Of a DNA stretch of 64,000 nt, positions 12,301 to 27,300 are shown in pieces. The position numbers and the translations under genes were made by a program. The DNA is taken from positions 10,602,001 to 10,666,000 of the forward strand of contig NC_092350.1 in the NCBI RefSeq assembly GCF_963676685.1. Reading direction: 5' to 3'. Origin of the DNA: Mytilus edulis. Its lineage: Eukaryota. Below the pieces are notes generated by a model that searched no databases, had not been told where the DNA came from, and saw nothing but the letters and a program-made list of their open reading frames with translations. Every line of letters begins with the position of its first letter. Positions within the stretch are counted from its first letter, which is position 1.

Positions 12301-15300
12301 CCTAAAAAGATTCTATCTTCTGTAATAACATGAACTGATTTATACTGGTGTACAGATCAACCATATAAATCTTTTAAAACTTACTATCAAATCGTGCATC
12401 GATCAGAGGTCTCAAACCATTATTATCAAGTTTAGAGTTCTTCAAATTTTTTAAGGCTAATATATATGGTTAAGAGTTCAAAGTTTGAAAATAAAGTTTT
12501 GTAACTGCTCAAGGTCATGTTTATATGCCCCCGCTGTAGTGGAGGGGGCATTAAGTTTTACCCTTATCCGTCTGTACATCATTCCCTGACGTAGCAGATG
12601 GGGCATTAAGTGTTACCCTTGTCTGTGAATATGTCAATATGTCCTTCCTTATGTCCACCCACTTCAGTTTAAAGTTTTTTGTCAACGTCGGTTTTGATGA
12701 AGTTGAATGTATCCTATGATATGATCATTCTAATTCTAATGCCAAATTAAATTAGAGTTTTGACTCCAATTTCATGGTCCACTGAACATACAGTGGCAGA
12801 TTAAGAAATTTTTATAAGAGGGGGCCCACTTCCGGGCATTCAGGCTTCAGTGATTCATTTTATAACCAACAAAAAAATTCCCTGAAAATGGGGGCCCACT
12901 AGGCCCCCTCTAAATCCTCCTCTGACATGGAAAATGATAGTGCGAGTGGGCATATTCTTGTTTGTTTCAAGTTTTGCCAGTTTCTTTGGAAAAGTGTACC
13001 TCAAATTTAATGTAGTATTGATTTTTTCTTCTGATTTTTTTTTTTAATATTTTAGAGAAATTTGGAATCATTTTTACCACATCTAATGTTATGTTCGTCA
13101 TTCGAATAAATAATGAAATGAAACATTTCTCTTGACATGTTATCACATTAAATTTTATATTGGAAAATATGAATGGACATATGACATTTATTGTTAGTCC
13201 TAATAATTAAAAGCTATCATCAAAGTCACAGTGCTGCAGGTTTGTCAAAGGAGTTCTTCTCTCATGACATTTCATGGTCAACAAAAGTTAGAAATTGCAA
13301 GTCACATTCACCAATATGAATCTAACAACAGGTTGTCAAATGTTACCTGGGTTAGTACAAGTTTATTGTCAGTCCATATGATAATTATAACCCACTTGAA
13401 AGGACTTTATGAAGCATAGCCCTTTTATTAGGGGTTAATTAAGACCACTTTTTTCTCTGATGTAGAGTTGAACCTTTTAAATAGCCACGGTTCATTAATT
13501 TTCATGTGATCTTGTTCATCTGCATGAATTGTTACTTTAAAAGGACATTTTTTATGAGTTTCCATCAGTTGTACCATTGTATTCTACATGTAGTTTGTTT
13601 TTTGTATCGGAATGTTTTTTTAATTGTTTAAATACTGTACTTTTTTAACTGCTATGCCTTATTATAAAAATGGCTTCAAATGATTATCTGAAATATGATA
13701 CTGAAAATCCAAAATTTTAACAACGCTTTATCATTGGAAATTGCAACAGGATATAGGTACATGCATATAATTTTGATAGTATGCAGGTTTACTCATTGTT
13801 GAAGGTGTAAATTTCTGTGTCATTTAGTCACTTGTGGATTTTGGTCTCATTGACAATAATACCACATTTTTTAATTTTTATGTTTATTTTTAATACCATC
13901 ATTTATGTAGCATTTCCTGAAATACCATTAGCTATTCTCTCATTTTGTCCATTCTTCATCAATCACAATAATAAATGCATGCAAAATTTTGGAATACATG
14001 TATATACAGTGTATCAAATTTCCTCATTTATATATTCCTAACAAATTTTATAGTACCATAAACTTGTGTCAAAAATATTTTAGACCGTATGATAATATGT
14101 TTTTTTTTAAGTAGAAAAAAAAACATAAGAAAATATGGTGGGTTGATTTAATTGTGTTACGCTTGCATTGTGACCACATCATGTTGGGTAGCAATTCTAA
14201 GCATAGGAACAAATAATGAAAGCCAAGAATTTCTCATTCCGACCTTTTCCATTCCAAATTAAGTTAAACCTACATGTAACCATGTAAATTACACCATGAA
14301 ATGTAATTGGATTTCTGCATTTGTTGTGATTTATCACAAGATTAGGTTGGGTTGCTGAAAGAATCTCTCCTAAATTATTGAAACAACTCCTCTTAAATTA
14401 AAGAAACAACTCCTCTTAAATTATTAAATGCTCTCACTTTGCATTAACAATATGGTGTAAATTAGACCTGGGACATAATATATTGACTAGTATAATAGTC
14501 CCAGATGGGGCTAACCTCTTCATGCAAATAAAATGTTTACATGTATGATTGAAGCCAACCAGCACATGATAACAATATAACTACATGTTCATAGACTCAG
14601 CACAGACTTGTTCTTAATAAGATCTTAAGACTTATTATTTCATAGATAAAATGTATACATCAATCAAATGAAGTTTTCTCTTCATATTTCTGTATTTAGC
14701 TTTTGACTTATGTTGACTGCAATTTAAAAGATGTTGCTAAAGCCGACCATCAAAGTAAAAAGTTATGTAATTAGAAGTTCAATATTTACATTTGTAAATG
14801 AAAGTCATTGACTTAAAAGTTTAGAAGGCATTATACAAGCTTTTTAAGTAGAGAAATATTTATTTTGCGGTGACAGTGAAGTGAATGCTATCGTTGAAGT
14901 ATTTGTGACACAACCATTAACATTAAGATTACAGAAACGTAGTTTGCTCTAACACAGTACTTAGTAGAAAGTGAAATCAGGGTTAATACTTGTAAATGCA
15001 AACCTTGTTGGACTTTAAAAACTCATTAAGCTACACTGACATAAATTTTATTTAAATTTCAATTTGAGTTCAATTTGTTGTAAGAATCAATGTATGTTTT
15101 TTTTGTGTGGTAAATGCAGATTTGTGATTTTATCGTTGAACACTGTGATCGTAATCTGGTATCAAGTCTAAATCAAACTTTTGTCGTGGATTTTAAACGT
15201 AGAAAATGTCACTGGATTGACACAAGCCATTAAACATAATTTTGAATGACATGTTGTTCTGCAACCAACAATCGTAAGATGTTCTTACTAAGCCCTTTTA

Positions 15301-18300
15301 ACCCCGTTGGTTTTATAATTCCTTTGTATCCTAGAAGGATCAGTCACAGATTGACCGCCAGATTGACAGAGATGACCTTGTTGATCTTAAAGGTCAATCA
15401 GTATTATATTTCTGCCAAATGTAATCTACGTTAGAATGTATGTGATTTTTAGTTTGTTGTCATGTTTGTCAAAGGTTTACCCTCTTATGTAAACAGAATT
15501 AATGGTCCATTAGGTTGTACAGTAGTAGTTGTAAATACCTATATAAAAGTAAGGAGTTCCTACCGATGTTAGAAATGTAAGGAAATTAAAGTCTTTACAA
15601 TGACCATATTTTTGTATACCCTATCCTGTCTTTGCTACTGATACTGTACATACAATTTGTCCATTTAACTACTTTATATGGATTTGGTTTATGTTAATTT
15701 CTCTATTACTTGTATTTAAATGGCATAATAAGAAACTACATTGTACAGTTTTTCCAGACGATGATTTAGGCATTAATTAAAAAAGAGAGAGCACACACAA
15801 TAACCATATTCCACAAAAATAATGTGTAACAGCAACTTATAATTATGTATTCATCTACTGTATGACTATAAAAAAGATGATGTAGTATGATTGCCAAAGA
15901 GACAACTCTCCACAAAAGACCCAAAATGACACAGGAATTAAGTCTGTGATCTCTGAGGTTGTGTATTAGAACCTGGCTAGTGGCACTAGGTACACTTGAC
16001 TCCAAGGTAGATTGAATTGACAAAGGATTGTCAAGATTGGTGATTTTCTTGGGGCACTCAAGCTTCTTATGCTAAAAAAAAACTGACCACCTCAAATTAG
16101 CCGATAGTGTTGAAAGTGGTATATACACACCTTCATCACAAGCTTCACAATGTAGCTTGTAAGTCATACTTATTACTAACTTTGACAGTTGGATTGTGGC
16201 ATTCATTGAGCAGACAAGTTTAGTTACATAGGACATATTTGATATAGAGTAAAGATGCTGTGTTATTCAAAATATAGCGTTTAAAAGTACAATTGTACTA
16301 GTATGATTACCCTTAAGCTTATAAAATTGAAGTACATGTATGGGGTCATATAATCTGTGAACTGAGAAAAGCTTCTGTTGATTAAACTTTGATTAACTTT
16401 CCACTAAGATAGTTTTTTCAATTTTACATGATTGTTGTTCAAGTTGTTTTACAGCTAAACCATTTTACTTCAGCATCTTTGTGTAAAACTGCATGAAAAA
16501 ATTACAAAGCAATATTTTATTACTGTAAATTTAGAAATGAATGCCTGCATTTTTTATTGTGAATTTAATTTTTGCAATACATGTTAAATTCACATTAGAA
16601 TATCAAAATGAAAGTTTAAATTATTGCGATTTCCAAAAACGTTAGCCTGTCACATTTTTCTCAATAATAAAAGCATTGCAATAATTTATGAAGTTACAAC
16701 TTGTTAAGTTCAGTACATTTTACCGTTAGAGATTTGAATCCTGCCAAATTATCTTGTTTCCAAAAAAAAATTTTGTGCTCAATCAAATCTGTAAATGTTG
16801 AAGATTTAAAGTAATATAGTGTATGCATATTATTGTTACTATCAAATGATTTGACATAAGTGGGTAAAGCATGTTATTATAATTTCTTTGTTTTGCTTTT
16901 GTGAGACTTGCATATAATCGTATTACAAAGCCTGCTTGTTATGTTGAAATAGGTTTTAAAAAAATGAGTTTGTTCTACGCATAGCACATATCCAAGGAGA
17001 TTTCACTTGTCTTTTTCGGAAATTTAACAATCTATGGCAAATGTAGTAACTAAAACCAGATGTGTAAAAATGAACTATAGACATTGAATTTTTGTTTTCA
17101 GGACTAAAGATTCCTGAACCAGAAACCAAAAGCTCCTGTACGTGTCCTGATCATTTCTTTTCCTGTGGGAATTGTATATGTATTCCTAAGAAATGGGTCT
17201 GTGACGGAGACAATGATTGCTCCAATAATCAGGATGAAAAACATTGTGGTAAGTTTCCATGGTTACTTAAGCTGTCAAGGTGATGTTGACCTTTTCAGTT
17301 GCATTATGAAAGCTAGTCTGCCAGCTACCATGATGGAAATTGTATAAAGGTGGAAGAAAAATATATAGCCACAAAATTTTGCTTTTCCTCAAAAAAGAAA
17401 TCTGAAAATAAAAGTTTATCTTTGCAGGTAATATTAAGTTTCCTAATGCATGACAAATTAACATTTTCCTTTTAAATTCTTTATATATTATTTAGAAAAG
17501 TTGCATTAGATAATTATTATATTTATATAAACACTCAAGATTGACAATCGGGTAAATCAATTATTGAATGTTTTAATGTCTTATAGTGTCATCATAACGG
17601 TCGTCTGCATTTTGACAGAAGACAGAGCTATTATCGCTATATTACGAAATTTTCCATTCATTGACGAATAATTTCATTTCTCAGCACAGCTGAACAAGAG
17701 TGATATAAAAAATTATAGCTAGAAACTAAGGGTGCATATGCTGTTGTCAATGAAATAAACAACATTGTCATAGGTAAAATAGCAATAAGCAGATTATCAT
17801 AGGTCATCTCGACTCAATTGCTGTACCAGCTCAAGTGTTAAAAATCTCGTTATAATGATCAAGGATAATCTACTTTATCTTCCCAATTTTGAGTCTACAT
17901 TAATTTCGTAAAGGTGCAATAATGCAGATTGCTGTATGCAACACTAATGTGCAGTATTCTGCCTTTTCATATCTTGAATTGTATAAATGCATATCTGAAA
18001 TTTTTCAGTATTTTTCATTGAGAAATTTCGCTGCAGGAATAAAGAATACAGTGACAGAAATATGTTTTTTGAAAGTAATAAAAAGTAGAATATATTTATT
18101 AAAAGTAGTAGTGTGGGGACATTGACATATATATGATATATAAATAGTTTCTGTGTATAGGTATTGTACATAATGCATTTATTATAACTGAAAGAAAAGC
18201 TTCCCATGGCATAGTGACATTTTAAACTATGATTAAATAATAATTGATAGCATATATTTTCTGTCAGTGTAGAAATGATTTTAGAATAACTTTTTGTAAA

Positions 18301-21300
18301 ATGGGTCAGTTTTCTGAGGATCTATGAGGGTTGCCAATATATTTTTCTCTGTAACAGTAGTAGAAAATTCAGTGAGGATTCTTGTTAAACAATGTGCCAT
18401 TAGATAACAAAAATGGAATGTACCCTTTATAAGAAATTTGGTATTATGGTGGAGAAACAATGACCTAGCTTCTTGATATTTTTCTATTTAGGCGGAATAT
18501 TTATGTCATATAACATGATACAATGCTGTAATGTTTGGATGAGAGAAATGGTATTTTCACCAATTTTCTGCATATTGAGATTTTCATTTTTCTGGCAGTG
18601 TATTCATGGTTATTGTCATTAGGGAATTCTATGTGCCAGGGAATTTACTAACGGCTTTGGAAATTTGTTAACCTTTCAATCAGTACTTTTGGCAAGTACC
18701 CCTTGTAAGCATGATACATTTGTATAAAATTCTGTAAATATTCTGGTTAAATATACGATGCAAAAGAGGATTATAATTTATTGCCATTTGACATAAAAGT
18801 TACACGAAAAAAGGGATAAACAGGATATTTTAGATGTAAAATTACTGATCTGAAGACCCAGACACTATAAAACTTTTAAATTTTTTCAAAGATTAAAATT
18901 TCTGCTAAAATCTTTGGTTATGATTAATGTTATTTTACATCAAATGTTGAGCAAATTTAGATTAAAATTGTATGCAATAAATGTAGGATAATTTAGGTGT
19001 CTCATAAACAAATGAATATCTGTATCTATCAAACCTATTAATCAAATATAACTGTCACCTAGTAAAAAGTTAAGCTCTACACCATCATGCATGGCAAGGG
19101 ACCAATCAATCTTAACAAGAGAACTGTGATCAGGAACCTGCGAAATCATGTTTATTCTGGACAGAGCTAAAGGATATAAATCTACATGTACTGTCAAAGA
19201 GTTTTACATTGTCAATCAAACATCTGTATTAAAATGAAGGTTCTTTATCAACATTTTTGACTTTTTCTGCTCCAACTTTTTTGATACCAGGATCAAGGTC
19301 CTTTGTGATGCCAAACACTTTAGAACTAAGTTCCTTATATACCTTTTAGAATTTGGCATGGTTTTCAGGCAGATCCTTTGGAGAATTTCCCAGACTTACT
19401 ATTGACCTATGTCAAAGTAATATCTAACAGCATACTGAAGTGTCTATCTTTGATCTACCCTTTTCCTTGGGAAATATTTGCATCAGTTTGTCTGCTGTTA
19501 TAACAGTCTGCTAAACATCAGCACTCACTCCCGTGTAAATAAACTGTCAACAAATTTATTGCTTTCAAGATAAAGTAGCTATTCATTAATTTTGTGTAAA
19601 GTTTTCTTGTTAAAAGATTCTTGATTATACCACCACTTAATCAGCATCAAAAAAGACACATATCTATTGAAAGGAAAATGGTAGTGCAGAAAAGAGTGTT
19701 TGTCAGAACTTTGCTTTGATTCAGATACTGCGTACATGGAGGCATACACTTCCTGCAGATGTAATGCTGGCATTATAATAAGTATGATAAGTTCTAAGAT
19801 GAAATATTTAGAATAACCATACTTTGCTTCAAAAATGAATTTAATTTATTCAATTCTTGCTGCTTTCTATTACAGATTTTGTTATATGTTTACTTAAACT
19901 ATATAACAAAAGAGAAAGCAGTTCAATTAAACATCATCAAATTCATATTACTTATATATAATTAATGAACCTTGGAAATAATTTTTCTTAAGAATTTTTT
20001 AAAGTTGTTTCTTTTAGTAGCCCATAGATTGGCAAGGGACCATTGGTCTGTGGACCCCCACTAGTTTTATGTTGTAGATATTTACATACATTCTACTGTA
20101 GAATACTATAGTGTACATAACTTAACTCTGCATGAGAGTTTAATTGCATTGACTTGTCTTTAACTTTGATACATCATATTAGTTAGGTTAACACTATATC
20201 ATATAAAACTTTTTGATGAGCTTTCTGTGGGGGATTAACTCTCAGTCAGTATGACTACTGTACCAAACTCAAAACAAATTTCAAAACATATAGTTTGACA
20301 AATAATCTGTTTATAATTACTAACACTATGAAAAAATCGACTGAATTGCTTAATCATGTTGTAAATAAAGTCACATGGCTTTCTGAAAGCCAAATATTGG
20401 TAGTGGTAGACTTAAAGTCTTCCGACAGAGTCGGTCAGGTGTCAATCATTCAAAAGAATTGTCATTCATACTTTTTCTTATCATTGAATAATGTGATATT
20501 TAGTGGCACAGAGATAATATATACTTCACCTGTAGGTTGACATGATCTTTTGATGTCATATTAATCAGGTGTTATCAGGTGTAAAAAATACAAAAATTAT
20601 ACAAGTCAATATCAATCCAGATATCACATTATTAGCATGTGCATTTTTTGCTGCATATTTTAGATAATATTACTAAATATTTTGTTTACACTGCATTATT
20701 CAGTCTTTTATCTAAAGGTTTTATTTCATAAGATATTGTTTAAACTGTCAAAATTACAGACAAGGTAACGATAGTCGATATGGTACTTATAAAAACTTGT
20801 CATTAAAATGTATATCCATACTTTTATGAAAATTTGACTTTATAATTATTTTATAATTTATTGAATTATGGTATGTTACATATTCAGTTTCTTTACAAAT
20901 GTATTAGGTCTCTAAATCAACAAAATATACAAAACTATCTAATCTTTCATGATCATTGAAAATTACAATAATGTATTGCAATTTAAATATGTCTGTGATA
21001 TTAAAACTACTGTAATTGTAAGATGGTTAATATTAAATGGTCAATGTCCGTATCTGTATAAATTTTCATTCATAAGTAGATATAGGAAGATGTGATATGA
21101 GTGCAAATGAGACAACTCTCAATCCAAGTCGCAATTTATAAACGTAAACCATTATAGGTCAAGGTATGGTCTTCAACACAGAGCCTTGGCTCACACTGAA
21201 CAGCAAGTATAAAGGGCCCCAAAATAATTACTGGTGTAAAACCATTCAAATGGGAAAACCAATGGTCTGGTCTAATCTATTTAAAAAAAGCAAGAAACGA

Positions 21301-24300
21301 GAATAACTCATGAACCACTTCAACAAACAACAACATTCCTGACTTAGGACAGCTAGGTGCAAACAATATATATATTTTTATTCATTACACATGTTAGATG
21401 CAACTTAGAGACATACATTCAGTTAATAATCCTTCGACCTGTATTCCAGCAGATTAATTACCACTGAAAGAGTGAGAAGACACTCAGGAGGTTACCTTTC
21501 TGTTTTCCCTATTTCTTTTACATTTGATTTTTGCATGCTAGGTATCTGTACATTAGAACAATTTGAAATGTTAGGTATTAAGAACTGAATTGGTGAGTTG
21601 AAAGTTGTAATGCATTTTTTGCTTACCCATGTCTCTAGGTAAATTTATCACATAGATTAAAATTCATAACCAACTTGTCAAATAGCAAAATGTAAATTTT
21701 ACCATGATATTGAGTTTCAAGGGGTATTGCATTTCTTGTGTAAGACTGTAAGTCACAAATCGTGGCTACGGTATTTTGGGTCATTTTAGCTTGGTTGTTT
21801 CTGTGTATGGATTGAAGTTTCATTAAGTTTTCTTAGAATTTATATATTAATATGGAGAAAATAATGAATTTCTGTAACCTTAAAATTCCAATTCAAGACT
21901 TTGTAAATCATTTTTAGAGTGTTCTACTAAAACAGTCATTTCTACATTCATGTTCATATGATTTATAATATTATTACTGCTATCTTTTACATAAAAACCA
22001 AGTGTAATAACAGACGGTCATATGTTGCCAATTATTACAAATCATATTCATATTATACAAGAAAAAAATATCTGCTTTATGTGTATCAGGATGAAGAAAA
22101 AAGTTAGTAAATCAAACAAAAACTATTATTCTCTTGGCAAAATCTCTGTCTGCTTTCAGGAGAATCTAAATACAAATCTTCATCCTTATGACTAGCCCAC
22201 TTTGAGGTCTACTTTTTGTTCCCTCCTAATATGACTAATCTATTTTGAGGGCTCCTTCTTGTTCCCTCCTCATGACCTCTGGTAATTTGTTTTATTTTGA
22301 GGTCCCCTTTCAGTGTTATCCTTATGACCAATCCACTTTGATGTCTCCTTTCTGTTCACCTTTTACGACTAATCCAGTTTGAAGTCCTGACTTTCTGTTT
22401 CATCCTTATGACTTATCTATTTTATTTTGATGTCCCCTTTCTGTGCCCCATCCTTGTGACTAATCCACTCTGAGGTCTCCTTTTTGATGACTATTCCACT
22501 TTTAGGTCCTCTTATGACTATTCCACTTTGTGGTCCCCTCTCTCTGCCTTCTTTATGACTATTCTTTTTTGATGTCTCCTTTCTGATTCATTCTTATGAC
22601 TTGTCCACTTTGAGGTCTCCTTTCTGATTCATTCTTATGACTTATTCACTTTGAGGTCTCCTTTCTGTTCCATCCTTATGACTTATCCACTCTGAGGTCC
22701 CTTTGAGGTCCCCTTTTTGATCCATCTTTATGACTTATCCATTTTGAGGTCTCCTTTCTGATCCATCTTTATGACTTATCCATTTTGAGGTCTCCTTTCT
22801 GATCCATCTTTATGACTTATCCATTTTGAGGTCTCCTTTCTGATCCATCCTTATGACTTATCCACTTTGAGGTCTCCTTTCTGATCTATCCTTATGACAT
22901 CCATTTTGAGGTCTCCTTTCTGTTTCATCCTTATGACTTATCCACTTTGAGGTCTCCTTTCTGATCCATCCTTACGACTTATCCACTTTGAGGTCTCCTT
23001 TCTGCTCCATCCTTACGACTTATCCACTTTGAGGTCTCCTTTCTGATCCATCCTTACGACTTATCCACTTTGAGGTCTCCTTTCTGATCCATCCTTACGA
23101 CTTATCCACTTTGATGTCTCCTTTCTGATCCATCCTTACGACTTATCCACTTTGAGGTCTCCTTTCTGCTCCATCCTTACGACTTATCCACTTTGAGGTC
23201 TCCTTTCTGCTCCATCCTTACGACTTATCCACTTTGAGGTCTCCTTTCTGATCCATCCTTACGACTTATCCACTTTGAGGTCTCCTTTCTGATCCATCCT
23301 TATGACTTGTCCATTTTGAGGTCTCCTTTCTGATCCATATATCCTTATGACCTATCCACTTTGAGGTCTCCTTTCTGTTCCATCTTTATGACTTATCCAC
23401 TTTGAGGTCTCCTTTCTGATCCATCCTTATGACTTATCCACTTTGAGGTCTACTTTCTGTTCCATTCTTATGACTTGTCCATTTTGAGGTCTCATTTCTG
23501 ATCCATCCTTAAGACTTATCCACTTTGAGGTCTACTTTCTGTTCCATCCTTACGACTTATCCACTTTGAGGTCTACTTTCTGTTCCATCCTTACGACTTA
23601 TCCACTTTGAGGTCTCCTTTCTGCTCCATCCTTACGACTTATCCACTTTGAGGTCTCCTTTCTGCTCAATCCTTATGACTTGTCCACTTTGAGGTCTCAT
23701 TTCTGATCCATCCTTACGACTTATCCACTTTGAGGTCTCCTTAGTGATCCATCCTTATGACTTGTCCACTTTGAGGTCTCCTTTCTGATCTATCCTTATG
23801 ACTTATCCACTTTGAGGTCTCTTTTCTGTTCCATTCTTATGACTTATCCACTTTGAGGTCTCCTTAGTGATCCATCCTTATGACTTGTCCACTTTGAGGT
23901 CTCCTTTCTGATCTATCCTTATGACTTATCCACTTTGAGGTCTCCTTTCTGATCCATCCTTATGACTTGTCCACTTTAAGGTCTCTTTTCTGATCCATCC
24001 TTAAGACTTATCCACTTTGAGGTCTCCTTTCTGATCCATCCTTATGACTTATCCACTTTGAGGTCTCCTTTCTGATCCATCCTTACGACTTATCCACTTT
24101 GAGGTCTCCTTTCTGTTCCATCCTTATAACTTATCCACTTTGAGGTCTACTTTCTGTTCCATCCTTATGACTACTGTAAACTTTTTTTGCATGTATTCTT
24201 TATTTTGCGTTTTACCCTTTCTTGATTACTTCACTGCTATTTGATTTCGCGATTTTCTGATGTACTTGATGAAGTTTAATAAAGAATGATCCAAGTTAAC

Positions 24301-27300
24301 ATATTGGCGTTATTTTCGCGAAAACAATTTCCTCACGAAAATTAGTTGGTTTACAGTATTCCACTTGGAGGTCCTCTTTCTGTTCAATCCTTATGACTTT
24401 TTTGATTGATTGATTTCTGAGTTTTAGTACCTAAATCGTACTTGAATAGTACAGATCGATATACATAATGTGAGAACATTGAAAACGGTGAAAAAAGCAT
24501 AACAAGTTGTCCCTTATCAGACTTCAGTTTACATAACACTGTACCTGTAAAACAACATCACTTTTCTATTAGTTTACCTTTCAACATTTAAATAACTGAA
24601 CTGAAGTAAATCTATAAAAATTGGCTAGGGCCCTAGCCCCACCGTGAGCTTATAAAATTGGAAAAAAAATGATACAAGAGACTATTTAAGCAATGTGTTA
24701 CCACTGTTGAGTTTTTGAAAGATCACCCAAGACACCAGTCTTTTGAAGAATGAATGCAGGGGTGCAAATGATAGATTACAAGGTTAAGGGTCACATATTC
24801 TAGTCTTAAAGCAAAACCGATTTATATTTATCAAAAAGCTAAAATAATCTTTTTAAAATCTAAAATAAACATTTAAACTACCATCTGACTTGTATCAGGA
24901 ATTGTGTAAACTTTTGTAGTTTTTTGTGCTTGTGAAATATTTGCACATCACCTTAAAAATATATGAAAATTTATTATTCAAATGTGGTTTTATCAACTGA
25001 AATAGATATATTGTTAAATCAATAGTAATGATTTAACCAGAATATTAAGAAAAGAATATCAAAACTTAATTTAATATTATCGTAGAGAGTTACTTTAATG
25101 AAACTACAACTTGTTTAGTGTAAATATCAAGTAGAAAAATAATATTTATTAACTGGCCATAAATGGCAATTACTATGAAGATTATCCAAATTAGGAAAAT
25201 CTGGGTGAATTATTCTTGACAAGTACCTGCAGACATCTGAGTTTAATCATTACCTCCTTAGCATTCATTGTCTCTCATTAACATTATAACAATTAGTATT
25301 AAGTACTGGTGATCATTGTTATAATTCATGTAAGTGGATACAAGTGTCTGTGTAAGCCAGGAAATTGATGCTTGCCATCTATTAGTGGAATTTGTATCAA
25401 AGAAAATGTTTATATTTATCATATAGATAAAAAAAGACATATTGTTTTTCATTACTGACATAATATGATGTCTGCTAAGTTAAGTAGTACTAGTCTACAG
25501 GTCTAGTGTTTATGTTTGAATGGTCTTTGATCCAGACCTTGTGACAGTCTGTGTTCAGCTCAAAATAGTATACATATATTATAATCCAGAGGTTTGGGGT
25601 CAATCATATTACCAATTATCTTGACAGTGTCCAAAATTCAAGCGACTAAGCTCCTTTCAACCCTTGTCCTTATATATCCTCAGTCAATTATAAAAATAAT
25701 CTTTCTTAAACCAGTGGCATAATTTGGATCACAAAAAATTATTAGAGTGTTTAGTGTCACATCTTTGATATTTCTGTTGACCAACAAACAAGTCTGCTGA
25801 CCATTACTTTAATTCCCTTTGTTTTACAGCCTATATGAATTACAAGTTGATATTTTAAGTCATATGATTCTCCTATATTGTAATTAAAACCAACCAAAAA
25901 GCTCCTTATTTTTATACTGATACAATAAGGTAATAGATATGTTATTTTTCTAGTAAAATGATATTTGAAAAGTGTTATTTAATCATTTTAATGACCAGGT
26001 TTGACAGATACTGTTCACTGCATAATATTTACCCATTGAACCAGCTTGTAAAAATTACTACAGAATTCTCAATTTTTTTTTACAGCAAAGAAAAATAATG
26101 ACTTCCAAATGTTTCTCGCAATTTACTACACATGTAAATAAATTTAATGATAATCCCTCTATTACAGATTGTGCTTGCATTAAATTCTTCTGTGTAAAAA
26201 TAAACAGTTTAAGAACAAAATATCTTTTACACCATTGTACAAATACTACCATATGACACTTATAATAGGAAATTGTATGATGAAACATTTGTTTTACTTT
26301 CATATAATATTGTGCTATGCAAGACGATGGAGATATTACAGTTTATATGATAAAACACTCATCATCTACATAATACAAAAAATACAAATAAGTTACAATT
26401 ATGTTTAAAGACGTCCAATATATGCATATATCGGACTTCTCTTGGACTGAATTTTAACGTGCGTATTGTAATGCGTTTACTTTTCTACATTGGCTAGAGG
26501 TATAGGGGGAGGGTTGAGATCTCACAAACATGTTTAACCACGCCACATTTTTGCGCCTGTCCCAAGTCAGGAGCCTCTGGCCTTTGTTAGTCTTGTATTA
26601 TTTTAATTTTAGTTTCTTGTGTACAATTTGGAAATTAGTATGGCGTTCATTATCACTGCACTAGTATATATTTGTTTAGGGGCCAGCTGAAGGACGCCTC
26701 CGGGTGCGGGAATTTCTTGCTACATTGAAGACCTGTTGGTGACCTTCTGCTGTTGTTTTTTTCTATGGTCGGGTTGTTGTCTCTTTGGCACATTCCCATT
26801 TCCATTCTCAATTTTATGCATATAGGAATTACAGGCAATTTATTTTTTGTATATAAATGATAACATGCACAACAAAATTTAATTCATTTTTACTAATATG
26901 AAATTTTACAAATCCAATTAAATAATATAAGTAGAGAAATAATTCCCAAAGAAGAGAATACGTTATCGGAGTGAACTCTTTTTGACTAGCTACCAGTTAA
27001 AGCCTATTGATTTCACAAATACTGTAAAACTACTTTTTTTCTCAACAATTCAATCATTCTTCTACTCAACTACTCTGGATTATTAAATTTCAGAGTTTCT
27101 AAATATTTCTACATAATTAAAAGCTAAGATATGATTGACAAACACACCCAGGTGGTTAGGTTTGTGTCCATGTTTTATTAGGTTTCAGGTAGCCTTTCAA
27201 TTGACACAGGTGTTCACTTTGATGTATTACACACCTGTTATCACCTGTAGTCTGACCATCTTACCTATATAATACCTACATGTTACCTACATGTTCGTAC

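Noticed and set aside
3390-17101. A nested gene or additional LRP exons in the 13.7-kb first intron
   Set aside because: Only short low-complexity ORFs and repeats were seen. Small or non-coding exons cannot be excluded without transcript data.
22180-24170. Tandem arrays (also 30222, 40596, 60575) as CRISPR arrays
   Set aside because: Units are contiguous with no unique spacers, there are no cas genes, and the context is eukaryotic intron.
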